A stretch of DNA of 62,840 nucleotides, counting the filler, from Octopus bimaculoides (lineage: Eukaryota), in NCBI RefSeq assembly GCF_001194135.2. It is 5 parts of 5 records of this genome, joined end to end, with 100 filler letters (N's around TTAATTAATTAA, not from the genome) between each part and the next. Parts side by side here need not be neighbours in the genome. Positions count along the whole stretch, not along the records: positions 11,438 to 13,361 come from NW_026417715.1; positions 13,462 to 32,704 come from NC_068985.1; 3 more parts are not named here. The stretch is one strand, 5' to 3'. The translations under genes were made by a program, and so were the position numbers. Below, one piece after another: positions 12,162-24,220 of the stretch; position 1 is the first letter of the stretch, and each line of letters starts with the position of its first letter. The notes beneath the pieces are model-generated. The model saw nothing but the letters and a program-made list of their open reading frames with translations. It ran no database searches and had not been told where the DNA came from.

Positions 12162-13586
12162 NNNNNNNNNNNNNNNNNNNNNNNNNNNNNNNNNNNNNNN
12201 NNNNNNNNNNNNNNNNNNNNNNNNNNNNNNNNNNNNNNNNNNNNNNNNNNNNNNNNNNNNNNNNNNNNNNNNNNNNNNNNNNNNNNNNNNNNNNNNNNNN
12301 NNNNNNNNNNNNNNNNNNNNNNNNNNNNNNNNNNNNNNNNNNNNNNNNNNNNNNNNNNNNNNNNNNNNNNNNNNNNNNNNNNNNNNNNNNNNNNNNNNNN
12401 NNNNNNNNNNNNNNNNNNNNNNNNNNNNNNNNNNNNNNNNNNNNNNNNNNNNNNNNNNNNNNNNNNNNNNNNNNNNNNNNNNNNNNNNNNNNNNNNNNNN
12501 NNNNNNNNNNNNNNNNNNNNNNNNNNNNNNNNNNNNNNNNNNNNNNNNNNNNNNNNNNNNNNNNNNNNNNNNNNNNNNNNNNNNNNNNNNNNNNNNNNNN
12601 NNNNNNNNNNNNNNNNNNNNNNNNNNNNNNNNNNNNNNNNNNNNNNNNNNNNNNNNNNNNNNNNNNNNNNNNNNNNNNNNNNNNNNNNNNNNNNNNNNNN
12701 NNNNNNNNNNNNNNNNNNNNNNNNNNNNNNNNNNNNNNNNNNNNNNNNNNNNNNNNNNNNNNNNNNNNNNNNNNNNNNNNNNNNNNNNNNNNNNNNNNNN
12801 NNNNNNNNNNNNNNNNNNNNNNNNNNNNNNNNNNNNNNNNNNNNNNNNNNNNNNNNNNNNNNNNNNNNNNNNNNNNNNNNNNNNNNNNNNNNNNNNNNNN
12901 NNNNNNNNNNNNNNNNNNNNNNNNNNNNNNNNNNNNNNNNNNNNNNNNNNNNNNNNNNNNNNNNNNNNNNNNNNNNNNNNNNATATATATATATATAAAG
13001 TATATATATGTTGGTAGGTATATGCGCGCACATATTCCACTGTGACGTCTTTCAGTATTCTTCCTCCCTACCTCGCCTACCCTGTTCCCACCATTTTCTG
13101 ATCTGCTGCTGGGAAAGAAGCACCATTTTCTTCTTTCACCAGACTTTTAAATGCCACTTTAAACTTTAATAAAATATTTACTGACAATAAAGAGCTTATG
13201 CAAACTGAATCCAGAAACCAGGAAAGAAAGTCTGCACTAACACACACACACACACTCACATGTGTATGCAAGTTTATATATTTGTATGTATATATATATT
13301 TATTTATATAAACACATACATATATGTATGTATGTATGTATATATATATATATATATATATNNNNNNNNNNNNNNNNNNNNNNNNNNNNNNNNNNNNNNN
13401 NNNNNTTAATTAATTAANNNNNNNNNNNNNNNNNNNNNNNNNNNNNNNNNNNNNNNNNNNNGTAGAAGTATTTGGTTTGTTTCTTTAAAACATGTAATCA
13501 TGTAAACAATAATATAAGTGGGAGGATAGAAGGAAGTAAATTATTAAAATAATATACTATAGTTATCTCCCTTTATTTACATGCAG

Positions 13587-13900
13587 GTGACACTGTATTG
13601 ATACTTAACGGCTTCTAAGTAACGCAACATCTACTGCGAGACAAAATTACTGTGTAATTTGTACATACTCACATATTAAGGTGTACAATTTCCCTCGGAT
13701 CTTGGATTTTACTTTAAAAAGCTCTCCAAAAGAATATAAGGTGAGTACGAAAGACATTCATTTACTATAATCCAGTCTTCTGTTTATCCCTATTTTGCTG
13801 TCCTACTCTCTCTACCTCTCTCTTTGCAGCCTATGGAGCGCTTGTCTCTCCTTCAACGCTGTATCACGTCATAAACGCTGTTGTTGGTTTTTCTTTCTCA
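13587..13900 (+). other. Candidate spliced exon pair around an 89-nt intron (13741-13829)
   Basis: Donor AAG|GTGAGT at 13740/13741 and acceptor CTCTCTACCTCTCTCTTTGCAG| at 13829. Upstream acceptors lie at 13586 (TTTATTTACATGCAG) or 13680. All frames from 13587 contain stops; 13681-13740 is open (VYNFPRILDFTLKSSPKEYK) and splices in frame to PMERLSLLQRCITS*. Confidence 0.3.
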
Positions 13901-14298
13901 CTAGTAAAAAAAAAACAAGCTGACAAACAAAACCCAATCTTTAGATCTTTATACATACATACATACATACATACATACATACATACATACATACATACGT
14001 ACGTACGTACGTACATACATACATGCGATGTGATACACTGCGCCTAAATATTCGATGCTTACTTGAGTTACCGGTGGTTACAAGGTTTCGTTGACAAGCA
14101 ATGCACACAGGGTCACACGCACGCATATACACGCACACACACACACACACACAATGCATGCTCACGTATGCATATGTCCATATATATAACTGTGTACGCA
14201 TCTGTATGTGTGTGTGTGTGTGTGTGTATGTAGCTTGCACACACACATACGTATGCATTTGTCCATATATATCTGTGTGTATGCACCTGCATGTGTGA

Positions 14299-14376
<78 letters not shown>

Positions 14377-15163
14377 GTGTGTGTGTGTGTGTGTGTGAGT
14401 GTAATATATACATGCACACCCACATCATAATTGCAAATTTTACCATAATATACATACTCACAAACACGGAAACACACACACACATACGCACAGATTAACC
14501 AATTCAAAATCTTAACAAAATCCCCAAGATCTGAAATGACTTAAACAAAAGAGCCTTGTCACTTTGTATGTAACCATCTCGAATGCTGCAAATGAAAAAC
14601 AAAACAAAAAAATCAAATAAATCTCCCATCAAAAATATATATAAATAAATAAATAAGATATACAAAGAGAGCCTAGAACTTAACTTAGTCAGCACACGGT
14701 TAGGATTTGTTTGAATTCTAGGTTATCAAAGAACACTGCTAGTGTTATTGTGTATGCAACAGCCCCGCATTGGGTGCAATGCAATGAATATGTGCCAACC
14801 GTTTTGCGAGCTTGAGTAGTCACCTTGGAGTTCATGAACCGACAAGAATCATAAGTGGTGGCCAACCTCACATTCAAAGGGAAACCCACCATCCCTATAT
14901 ATTTATGATTATATATANNNNNNNNNNNNNNNNNNNNNNNNNNNNNNNNNNNNNNNNNNNNNNNNNNNNNNNNNNNNNNNNNNNNNNNNNNNNNNNNNNN
15001 NNNNNNNNNNNNNNNNNNNNNNNNNNNNNNNNNNNNNNNNNNNNNNNNNNNNNNNNNNNNNNNNNNNNNNNNNNNNNNNNNNNNNNNNNNNNNNNNNNNN
15101 NNNNNNNNNNNNNNNNNNNNNNNNNNNNNNNNNNNNNTATATATATATATATACATATACACA

Positions 15164-15194
<31 letters not shown>

Positions 15195-15247
15195 GTACGC
15201 ACTCACAGACACACACACAGATTTATATAAATCTTATGCTCTTTCGT

Positions 15248-15590
15248 TTACTTCTTTCCGTCATTGGGTTTCGACCAGCTCGGGGCACCGTCCTTCAAGG
15301 TCTGTAGTCGAAAAAATATACACCGATAGATTCTTTTTTTTCTTCTAAGTCTGGTTCATATTGTCATCCGCTTTTTACCTAACCGCTAACTTACGCGAAC
15401 TTGAACACTAACACCGGTTGTCAAGCGGCGTGGAGACACAAACACAAAGACATACATACATACATACATACATACATACATACATACATACATGCACACA
15501 CACATAAGACGGCCTTCTTTTAGTTTCCGTCTGCCAAATTCACTCACAAGGCCCATAGCTATAATTGAATGTACTTGTCCAAAGTGTTAC
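15248..15590 (-). mobile_element. Family A SINE, diverged, with internal (TATG)n
   Basis: 3' module at 15248-15445, (CATA)n on the + strand, and the reverse complement of the head segment GGCCTTCTTTTAGTTTCCGTCTGCCAAATTCACTCACAAGGC at 15510-15552. Confidence 0.7.
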
Positions 15591-16348
15591 ATATACATAG
15601 TTAAATGCATGCATACTCACATCCATCTATCTATCCATCCATCTATCTATCCATCCATACATGCATGCAATCATTTGTGTGTGTGTGTGTGTGGTACACA
15701 TCTGAATTCATTGACAGAATACGGAACACGAAACCAAAGGGTATAAGGTTCACATCCTGTTACAGTTACTATATTTTGTATATACTCAGCATTATTAGCC
15801 ACTTATAGCTGTTTTGTTGATATATTATTCATTCTATATTTTTATTTATTCAACTGTTTTATAGTTGCTTAAAGGAGATATCATACTCGTATGCTTCGTA
15901 GCATCTGAGTGATATCCTCCTTACTCAGGTCAGTTCGATGTGATTGATACCCATCCTTATTATCTATGGTTTAAGGGGGAGGAAAGCAGTTTGTGTTACT
16001 GTTGTCATCACTGAATGACCAAAGTTGTTCCAGCCGTGACGTACATGTCTTTCTACACGTCCTTTTAGATCTATTTATTTTCTGTGTCAACAATTTTGGT
16101 TACCCCAAGAGGGATGAGCAAACATCAGATTTCAGGTAGAGGTCTTTCGACTTAAAACGAAACGTTACGATCTGAGTGAGACACAGCTGTTATTTTTTTC
16201 CTAATTTGTACGACCACGCAGAAGGAACAGGGTGGTGTGTTTCGCCTACCTTCCGGAAATCCAAGTTTGTCAGAAGCCGCATGCAACAGAGCCTGAATTC
16301 GCGATCCCTTGTTTATAGGACAGGTGGTACTTTTTTATTATTATTATT

Positions 16349-16680
<332 letters not shown>

Positions 16681-16715
16681 CATCATCATTGTTGTTGTTG
16701 TTGTGTTGTGGCAAC

Positions 16716-16750
<35 letters not shown>

Positions 16751-16764
16751 CACGCATACATGGT

Positions 16765-17000
16765 GAATGGTCCAACTTCACAGATGATCGCCGTCTCCTT
16801 GTGGTTCCTCGTTGTCAACGAAATTTCTGACTTTCCGTTCGTGACCTCTCATATGGCCATTCAGTCCCGTTGCAGATCTGCATTAGTTGACAGACAAAAG
16901 TTGTAACTTTCTGTGCACTTCCAGCTGATTAGGTCTGCACACATCACCACTCTTCCTATCGCCATAGGACTTTTAGCGGATGGGATGACAAATGAGGTCA
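16765..17000 (-). mobile_element. Probable RTE-type LINE 3' fragment with C-terminal CCHH-like motif
   Basis: The minus strand gives LRTSLYGDL... and TFVCQL/CRSATGLNGHMRGH, resembling the C..C.S..GL..H.R.H terminus of RTE elements, followed by a short 3' UTR-like segment. It is heavily decayed. Confidence 0.5.
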
Positions 17001-18744
17001 CCATAAAGAGACGTACGTAATTGGATTATAGGGATAAACAGTGGTTAAGTCTCCATAATATGTACCGAGTGACAGGCCGAAGCGAGATGACCGATAATCA
17101 CTTGAAACCGCAGGTCTTACATCAGAGTGTCTCTCTTCTAGAAGAATGCTGTGACAACAGCCAGGGATCCTTTCCTTCAATCTCAGTGGCTTTATAGAGC
17201 ACCCTGACACCTACCAAGGATATTTCTACGACCCCGCGCTCAGATGGATTGGCTTCACATATGCTAGTTAACGCATAGCTGGGACCCTAACAGGTGCTAC
17301 TGCTCCGGGTCGGAGGCGACTAAGGTATAATAGTGGCTAAGAGGTGGTTCCGACCATTCAAAACCCTGGAGTTCCTGAACTAGAGCCCCACAACTAGATG
17401 TAGTTTAAAGTCATACTCAAGACAAACACACACACATGTATACACGCAGATACAATACATAAATACGTACGTACATACATACATGCATACATACATACAT
17501 ACATAGACACACATACACACACAAGTACATACATCTATACAGACAGACAGACAGACAGAGACATAAATATGAAAACATGCCGTACGGTTTCAAATTAATT
17601 TATTTCCTTCCGGTTTAAAGTGCCCTCAACATAGCACTAATAAAATTGCAGGAGCACAGATATTCCGTCGTTTAAAGCTGTCGCATCTCTACTTCAAACA
17701 TTTTTTTCACTCGGCAAACTTTTGCGCAAGTAAAATCCCTAAACATGTTTCTCTGATCATTATATTTTTTGTGTCGTACGACTTCCTTTTCCGGTAGAAA
17801 GAGAGAGAAAGAGAATCTCGTCGAAATTTCCTTCCGTCCAACAGATGTGTATTTTTTTGTGTTTTTAACCTTCCGCTCGCCTCTCTTTTCATGGCTCGCC
17901 ATCTAACTAAATAGATGTTTGTATGTAATTGAAATACTTGGAGTCTCTTATAGAAGTTGTGCTTATATACAGTAGTGAATTATGAAAGCTATTGAATGGG
18001 GTTTTATTTTTTATATAAAGCAATTTATTGTACTCTGCCGTATTAACTACTCCGTCTGTTGGTCTCTCTTTTTCATCCCATCTCTCTTTTTCATCCCATC
18101 TCTCTCTCTCTTTCTTTCTCTCTCTATCGCACTATTCCTCTGACTCGATATATGCTTGTGTGCGTGCGAGTATTATGTCAGTACATAGGACTTCATATCT
18201 ACATATTTAGATTTATGTATGTGTCAGTTACACATCCATAGTTACATGACCTGCAAGCACACACACGAACACACACGCACCGCATTCACCACACTCACTC
18301 ACACGCAAACACCATATGCCTCATAGCTTATACTATTCTTTTAATTGTCTTAGTCATTGCGCTGTTATGATACACATACATACATATATACATATGTATG
18401 TATATGTGTGTGTGTGTATNNNNNNNNNNNNNNNNNNNNNNNNNNNNNNNNNNNNNNNNNNNNNNNNNNNNNNNNNNNNNNNNNNNNNNNNNNNNNNNNN
18501 NNNNNNNNNNNNNNNNNNNNNNNNNNNNNNNNNNNNNNNNNNNNNNNNNNNNNNNNNNNTGCTGGTGTGTTTATGGCCCCATAACTTAGCGGTTCGACAA
18601 AACCGACTGATAGAATAAATACTAGGCTTACAAAGAATAAGTCATGGGGTCGATTTGCTCGACTAAAGGCGGTGCTCCAGCATGGCCGCAGTCAAATGAC
18701 TGAAACAAGTAAAAGAGTATATGATAATTCTCAAGTTTGAAAAC

Positions 18745-19110
18745 AGAGAGATCTAATGGCTAGAAATTAACACATTCACCTACAACCACAACAAACTGAG
18801 ACTATGGACATTATCCAACCATCTCGTTCTTGTACCACCCCTAGGCATCCAACCGGTTGGTTTGGCTTGATAAACCCGTCTTGCAATTCTTCCCTGTGAC
18901 ATTCTAATCAGATGTCCATAATACCGGAGCCGTGCAGAGAAGTATCAGCTCGACCTCAGAGAGACCTTCTGATTTCCGAGCTAAGCTCGCTGTCGAGTAA
19001 CATTACTCGAGAGAACCTTCGGAGCAATCCCACTTCGCCCGCTAATTGCCTGGCTTCTTACCATATAGTGATTTTATCACAGACTTATGGAGATCTGAGA
19101 GATATACGTT
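18745..19110 (-). mobile_element. RTE-clade (Rex3/Expander-like) LINE 3' fragment
   Basis: The minus strand, frameshifted, reads EVGLLRRFSRVMLLDSELSSEIRRSL / RLRYYGHLIRMSQGRIARRVYQAKPTGWMPRGGTRTRWLDNV, corresponding to the LRWFGH..RM....R.......G.RPRGRPRTRW motif. Confidence 0.85.
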
Positions 19111-19246
19111 TCATTTCTATGCAGTAGGTTGGGCTTGGAGATGGGTAGGATTTGGGGCTGAGTGGTGTGGGTTGAATTTATTGAGGGAGAATTTGTTTTT
19201 ATTTTCATTCGTCTTTGTTTTGATGCAGATTATATTTGCGTATGTT

Positions 19247-19312
<66 letters not shown>

Positions 19313-20084
19313 NNNNNNNNNNNNNNNNNNNNNNNNNNNNNNNNNNNNNNNNNNNNNNNNNNNNNNNNNNNNNNNNNNNNNNNNNNNNNNNNNNNNNNNN
19401 NNNNNNNNNNNNNNNNNNNNNNNNNNNNNNNNNNNNNNNNNNNNNNNNNNNNNNNNNNNNNNNNNNNNNNNNNNNNNNNNNNNNNNNNNNNNNNNNNNNN
19501 NNNNNNNNNNNNNNNNNNNNNNNNNNNNNNNNNNNNNNNNNNNNNNNNNNNNNNNNNNNNNNNNNNNNNNNNNNNNNNNNNNNNNNNNNNNNNNNNNNNN
19601 NNNNNNNNNNNNNNNNNNNNNNNNNNNNNNNNNNNNNNNNNNNNNNNNNNNNNNNNNNNNNNNNNNNNNNNNNNNNNNNNNNNNNNNNNNNNNNNNNNNN
19701 NNNNNNNNNNNNNNNNNNNNNNNNNNNNNNNNNNNNNNNNNNNNNNTATATATATATATATATATATATATATCATTAGTAGATCATATAACGGTTTTCT
19801 ACCTCCAGTTTGAAGAGAAGCTATTTGCCTGTGGCCATTGGAGTCTAATGAGTCGTCTATAAAGCTACGTACTTTATGGATGCAAAACCATTGGTCACTC
19901 TGAGCGTCTGATAATACAGTACTTGTACCACGTCCTCGCGTTATTTTTTCTTGTTTGTTCTTCTTTGTTTGGATTCACAAGATACATACACATACATATA
20001 CACTCACATATATATATAATAAAGTGTTAACACTTGTGCTATGCAAATTAGTAACTCCAGCTACTTCTGTACTTCTGTTTATAT

Positions 20085-20170
20085 ACCCAATCTGTTGAGT
20101 ACACAAACAGATTGGGTTCTCATCACCACTGATGAGAACCCAATAAGGTTCGAAAATCGAATCTGTTCAG
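20085..20170 (+). ncRNA. Hammerhead-ribozyme core motif within overlapping perfect inverted repeats (Penelope-like element remnant?)
   Basis: CTGATGA(20129-20135)-GAACC-CAATAA-GGTTC-GAAA(20152-20155): an intact core with a 5-bp stem II. Stems I and III are degenerate. Perfect inverted repeats lie at 20085-20096/20106-20117 (12 bp) and 20111-20125/20130-20144 (15 bp). Confidence 0.45.
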
Positions 20171-20888
20171 CATTTTTTCTATTTTTCCAATAGCTAAATT
20201 AGCCTTCTTTTTCTGTCTGCTACATAGGTTACATAAATGTAAACACATTGCCTCTATACTCTTGATGATAGTAAAATAGAGAGAGAAAACGAGGGAGAGA
20301 CAGAGATAAAAGGACAAAGAGGGCGCCTTCTGACGGACAGTTTCACTATTTGTTTACCACTCTTCAAAGAAGACCTATAGTTTCCTACTCTAATCAATAG
20401 CATAAAATTAGTCATTATATAAATCTGATATTTCCAATGTGTGTGTGTGTGTGTGTGTACACGCGTGCGTACATGTGTGCATGTGCGTGTATGCGTGTCT
20501 GTGTGTGTGTGCGTGTCTGTGTGTGTGCATGTGCGCGTATGTGTGCATGAAGACGCAGAGCGCATTGGTTTGGTGCTGAGCTCACGATCGATCGGTTGTG
20601 TATTTGTTTGTCGGAACAGGTGGCGCATTTCATCCTTGAGCAATGTACTTCATTTTGACATTCAGTCTGCTAGCCTGAAAATAAATACTGGAGCGACAGC
20701 TGTTATGTTAAACCTGCAACAAACTGACGCCCTGGCCAGAGTGAGAATGGGGTACTTGTGCTCTCGTTCGCTCAAACGCCATGGAAGCCGGAAAAAAGAG
20801 AAACAAAAAAATTACGTGTACGTGTGTGCATGTGTGCGTCTGTGTCTGCTTGTGTGTGCCTGTGTGTGTGTATATGTGTGCGTATGTA

Positions 20889-20939
<51 letters not shown>

Positions 20940-21065
20940 AATTTTAACCTAATCAATCATACGACTTTTGTATATTTGCAAATAAAACACGTTGATATCT
21001 TGGGAGGTAAGATTTCTCTCGATGTTTGTTTTCAGTGACACAACCTTTAGTTGACCAAAATGCTC

Positions 21066-21097
<32 letters not shown>

Positions 21098-21288
21098 CAC
21101 GCACACACACNNNNNNNNNNNNNNNNNNNNNNNNNNNNNNNNNNNNNNNNNNNNNNNNNNNNNNNNNNNNNNNNNNNNNNNNNNGTTTGTTTTCAGTGAC
21201 ACAACCTTTAGTTGACCAAAATGCTCCACACAAACACACACACACACACACGCACACACACACATACATACATGCATACATACATACA

Positions 21289-21320
<32 letters not shown>

Positions 21321-21894
21321 CATTTATGCGTGTGTGTACGCGTGTGTCACCGTGACAGGCACTTTATAGAAATGTCAGCTACACATATCGATATCATCTT
21401 TATTTAAATATCTATAGATGCGTCAACAAGGGTGTCTGCATACCGTCACTTGAACTACTAGAAATCGCAGCCAAATATTTCTTTTATCCCATGCATTATG
21501 CCTCTATAAAGTTTTATGTCTTTACAAAGTTATATTTAGGAAGGACACGTTGATAATATAAGCCAAGGTGTGAATAAAATATAAAGGGATGGATGATCCA
21601 CTATTGGAACGTATTTGGCCATAGTTCTGTTTGGTCAGAGATGATATGTGACTACGCAGTAATAACAATATATATATATATATGTTGACGTCAACTGAAA
21701 ACTGCAGACAGACGAGTCGATACTATTGTCAATCTAACAACTAAAAAACAGCTACTCGTATCTTGGCATTGCGCATGCGTTCCATAGCCAGGTGTACATT
21801 ACTATGAGTATAGACGATATTCTAGTGAGAATCAATAACAAAGAAAACATTATTATTATTACTGCAATGAAAAAAGAAGCTGCCAGTAATTCTT

Positions 21895-22105
21895 TCTACA
21901 GAAGGCACGAGGCCTGATATTTTGAGGGACGGGGGTGGAGACTAGTTGATTTCATCGACCTAAGTGCACGACTGTTACTTATTTCATCGATCTCCGAAAA
22001 GATGAAAGTACAAGTCGACCTTGGCGGAATTTTGAGCTCAGAACGTAAAGACTGACGAAACGCTGCTAGGCATTCTGTCCGACGTGCTAATGGTACTGCC
22101 AGCTC
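21895..22105 (-). mobile_element. Family B SINE
   Basis: Reverse complement of the family B consensus. Other copies lie at about 25110-25260 (+), 25395-25545 (+), 33990-34200 (+), 34215-34390 (+), 36520-36660 (+) and 36990-37140 (-). Confidence 0.8.
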
Positions 22106-22139
22106 GCAGCAAACATATTAGGGAGTAACACCTTCATTG

Positions 22140-22457
22140 TATAAGTAATAGGCGCGTGGCTTAGTGGTTAGGGCGTTCGGCTCACGATCGTAAGGTCGTG
22201 AGTTCAATTCATGGCGACGCGTAGTCCCCTTCAGCAACACACTTTATTTCACGTTACTCCAGTCCACTCCGTTGGCATAAATGAGTAGTATCTGTATTTC
22301 AAAGGGCCAACCTTGTCACACTCTGTATCACGCTGAATCTCCCTGAGAACTACATTAAGGGTACACGTATCTGTGGAGTGCTCAGCCACTTGCACGTTAA
22401 TTTCACGAGCAAGCTGTTCCGTTGATCGTATCAACTGGGACCGTAATCGCCGGAGTG
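22140..22457 (+). mobile_element. tRNA-derived SINE with CORE-like middle and family C 3' half
   Basis: GGCGCGTGGCTTAGTGGTTAG...GAGTTCAATTC. The tail CTGTGGAGTGCTCAGCCACTTGCACGTTAATTTCACGAGC is shared with 7942-8331, but the middle differs. Confidence 0.8.
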
Positions 22458-22784
22458 CTCTTTTTTTTTTTTTTTTTTTTTTTTTTAGATAAGTGATACA
22501 TTTTTGGATATTTTGCAGTGCCGTGTTCACCTTTTATCATGAGCGCATCCTGAGGAGAGAGCGGTGGCGTATCGTGGTTGTTAGATTGGGTGTGCTGCCA
22601 CTAAATTTCAAGCAGGGATATAACAAAAGTTTTCCATTAAGATTTGTGATTAAATTAATGAATAAGGTTAATATCTATAATGAATTTGCCATTTTTGATA
22701 ACTGCATGTCTTCGAGGTTGGGAAGTAATATCCTTAACCATTCGGCCATACTTGGTGGTGGATCTCCGTAGTTCGGTAATATGG

Positions 22785-22915
22785 TTTCAGTTGTTCAATC
22801 AACTGGATTACCTGCTCCTGGATTAACATATATGTGTCCGAGCACTCCATAAACACGCGTGCACTTAAATTAATTCCCAGACAGAATCAGCGTGACACAG
22901 TGTGTGTGTGTGTGT

Positions 22916-22965
<50 letters not shown>

Positions 22966-23135
22966 CAAGGTTGTATATTATGCATTACAAGTTCAATGCA
23001 CCCGTCTACTCAGTTTCACCCACAAGGCATGGGTACAGAAAATGACATCTGACCAATATGCCACGCAGTGGTAGATCGAACCCAAGTCCTCGTGGTCGCG
23101 AAGTCAGCTTGTTAACCATCCACTCATACCGCCTC
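22785..23135 (-). mobile_element. Diverged SINE: family A-like head, family C-like tail, internal (TG)n
   Basis: The head on the minus strand reads GGCGGTATGAGTGGATGGTTAAC...GGTTCGATC. On the + strand GAGCACTCCA..CAGCGTGACACAG-(TG)n-TGTGACAAGG matches family C, where the same site is CAGCGTGACACAG-AG-TGTGACAAGG. Confidence 0.65.
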
Positions 23136-23775
23136 TTTATATACACGATATAAAGACGAAGTCTTCTGTGGTGTTCTCGTGGTTACGTTCTGATTAAATT
23201 GGCAACCTAATATAAACAAACTGTACCGTCGAAGTCATCATCATTCTCATTTATTATGCTTGATTCAGTGCGATTGTGAGGAGACGACAGAAAATGGGCT
23301 ATAAAATAACATTGCTTTTAATTTATGGAACCTGAATTTATGGCTAAAGAAGTGTCCGAAGGAGAACTGACGGTCATTTTTTTGTTTAGGACATGGTGCA
23401 AGCAAATCCAAAGATCTCTGTGATATGTACCCCTGCTATTAATAAATAACCAGGGAGTTACATAAGTATTTACATACTTAGATGAATAAATTAGTTGCTC
23501 TGACTAGCACTGAGCGGATATAAGGAACCTTGCCAAACACCTGTTATTGTTGCTACTGGCAACAATGTTTTTCATCTAAATATCAGGTCTCCGCTAACAA
23601 ACCATCCATGACGATGTCAATTAAAGATATAGAAACTGGTGGATATTGATTTCAGAGCAACACAGCGTATAAACACCAACACTTGTGGTTTCTACCTGAA
23701 AACGGGATTTTAACGCTACTATGATGCACTTGTTGTTCGATTTTTGTGTTTTTTTATTTTGTTTTCTTCTCCATT

Positions 23776-23937
23776 GGCGCAGGTGTGGCTGTGTGGTAAG
23801 TAGCTTGCTTACCAACCACATGGTTCGGGGTTCAGTCCCACTGCGTGGCACCTTGGGCAAGTGTGTTCTACTATAGTCTCGGGCCGACCTAAGCCTTGTG
23901 AGTGGATTTGTTAGATGAAAACTGAAAGCAGCCTGTC

Positions 23938-23974
<37 letters not shown>

Positions 23975-24145
23975 TGTGTCTGTGTTTGTTTCCTCACCAC
24001 CGCTTGATAACAGGTGTTGGTGTGTTTACTTCACCGTAACTTAGCAGTTCAACAAAAGAGACCGATAGAATAAGTGCAGGCTTTAAAAATAAATACTGGT
24101 GTGGGCTAAAACTTCTAATGATTGAAACAGGTAAAAGATAACAGA
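23776..24145 (+). mobile_element. Full-length tRNA-derived SINE (family A) with an internal microsatellite
   Basis: tRNA-like head GGTGTGGCTGTGTGGTAAG...GGTTCAGTCCC, CORE-like CCTTGGGCAAGTG, internal (TG)n at about 23939-23970, then a 3' module CCGTAACTTAGC..GATAGAATAAGT..GAAACAGGTAAAAGA. It probably belongs to one of the described octopus OK/OR SINE families (not verified). Confidence 0.85.
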
Positions 24146-24220
24146 TAAAGGAATTTATATTTCAGTTTGGAGAAGAGGATCTCTAACCCTAGCCGTTTAC
24201 ATAACATTGGAGATGTGGTT

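Noticed and set aside
18060-18105. TTTCATCCCATC matches the array hairpin 5' arm
   Set aside because: A 12-nt pyrimidine-rich match inside a CT-rich 20-bp duplication, which is expected by chance.
21025-21240. Direct repeat GTTTGTTTTCAGTGACACAACCTTTAGTTGACCAAAATGCTCCACAC on both sides of a gap
   Set aside because: An identical copy flanking a short gap is most likely an unmerged contig overlap. The same caveat applies to 50830-51110 and 52035-52140.
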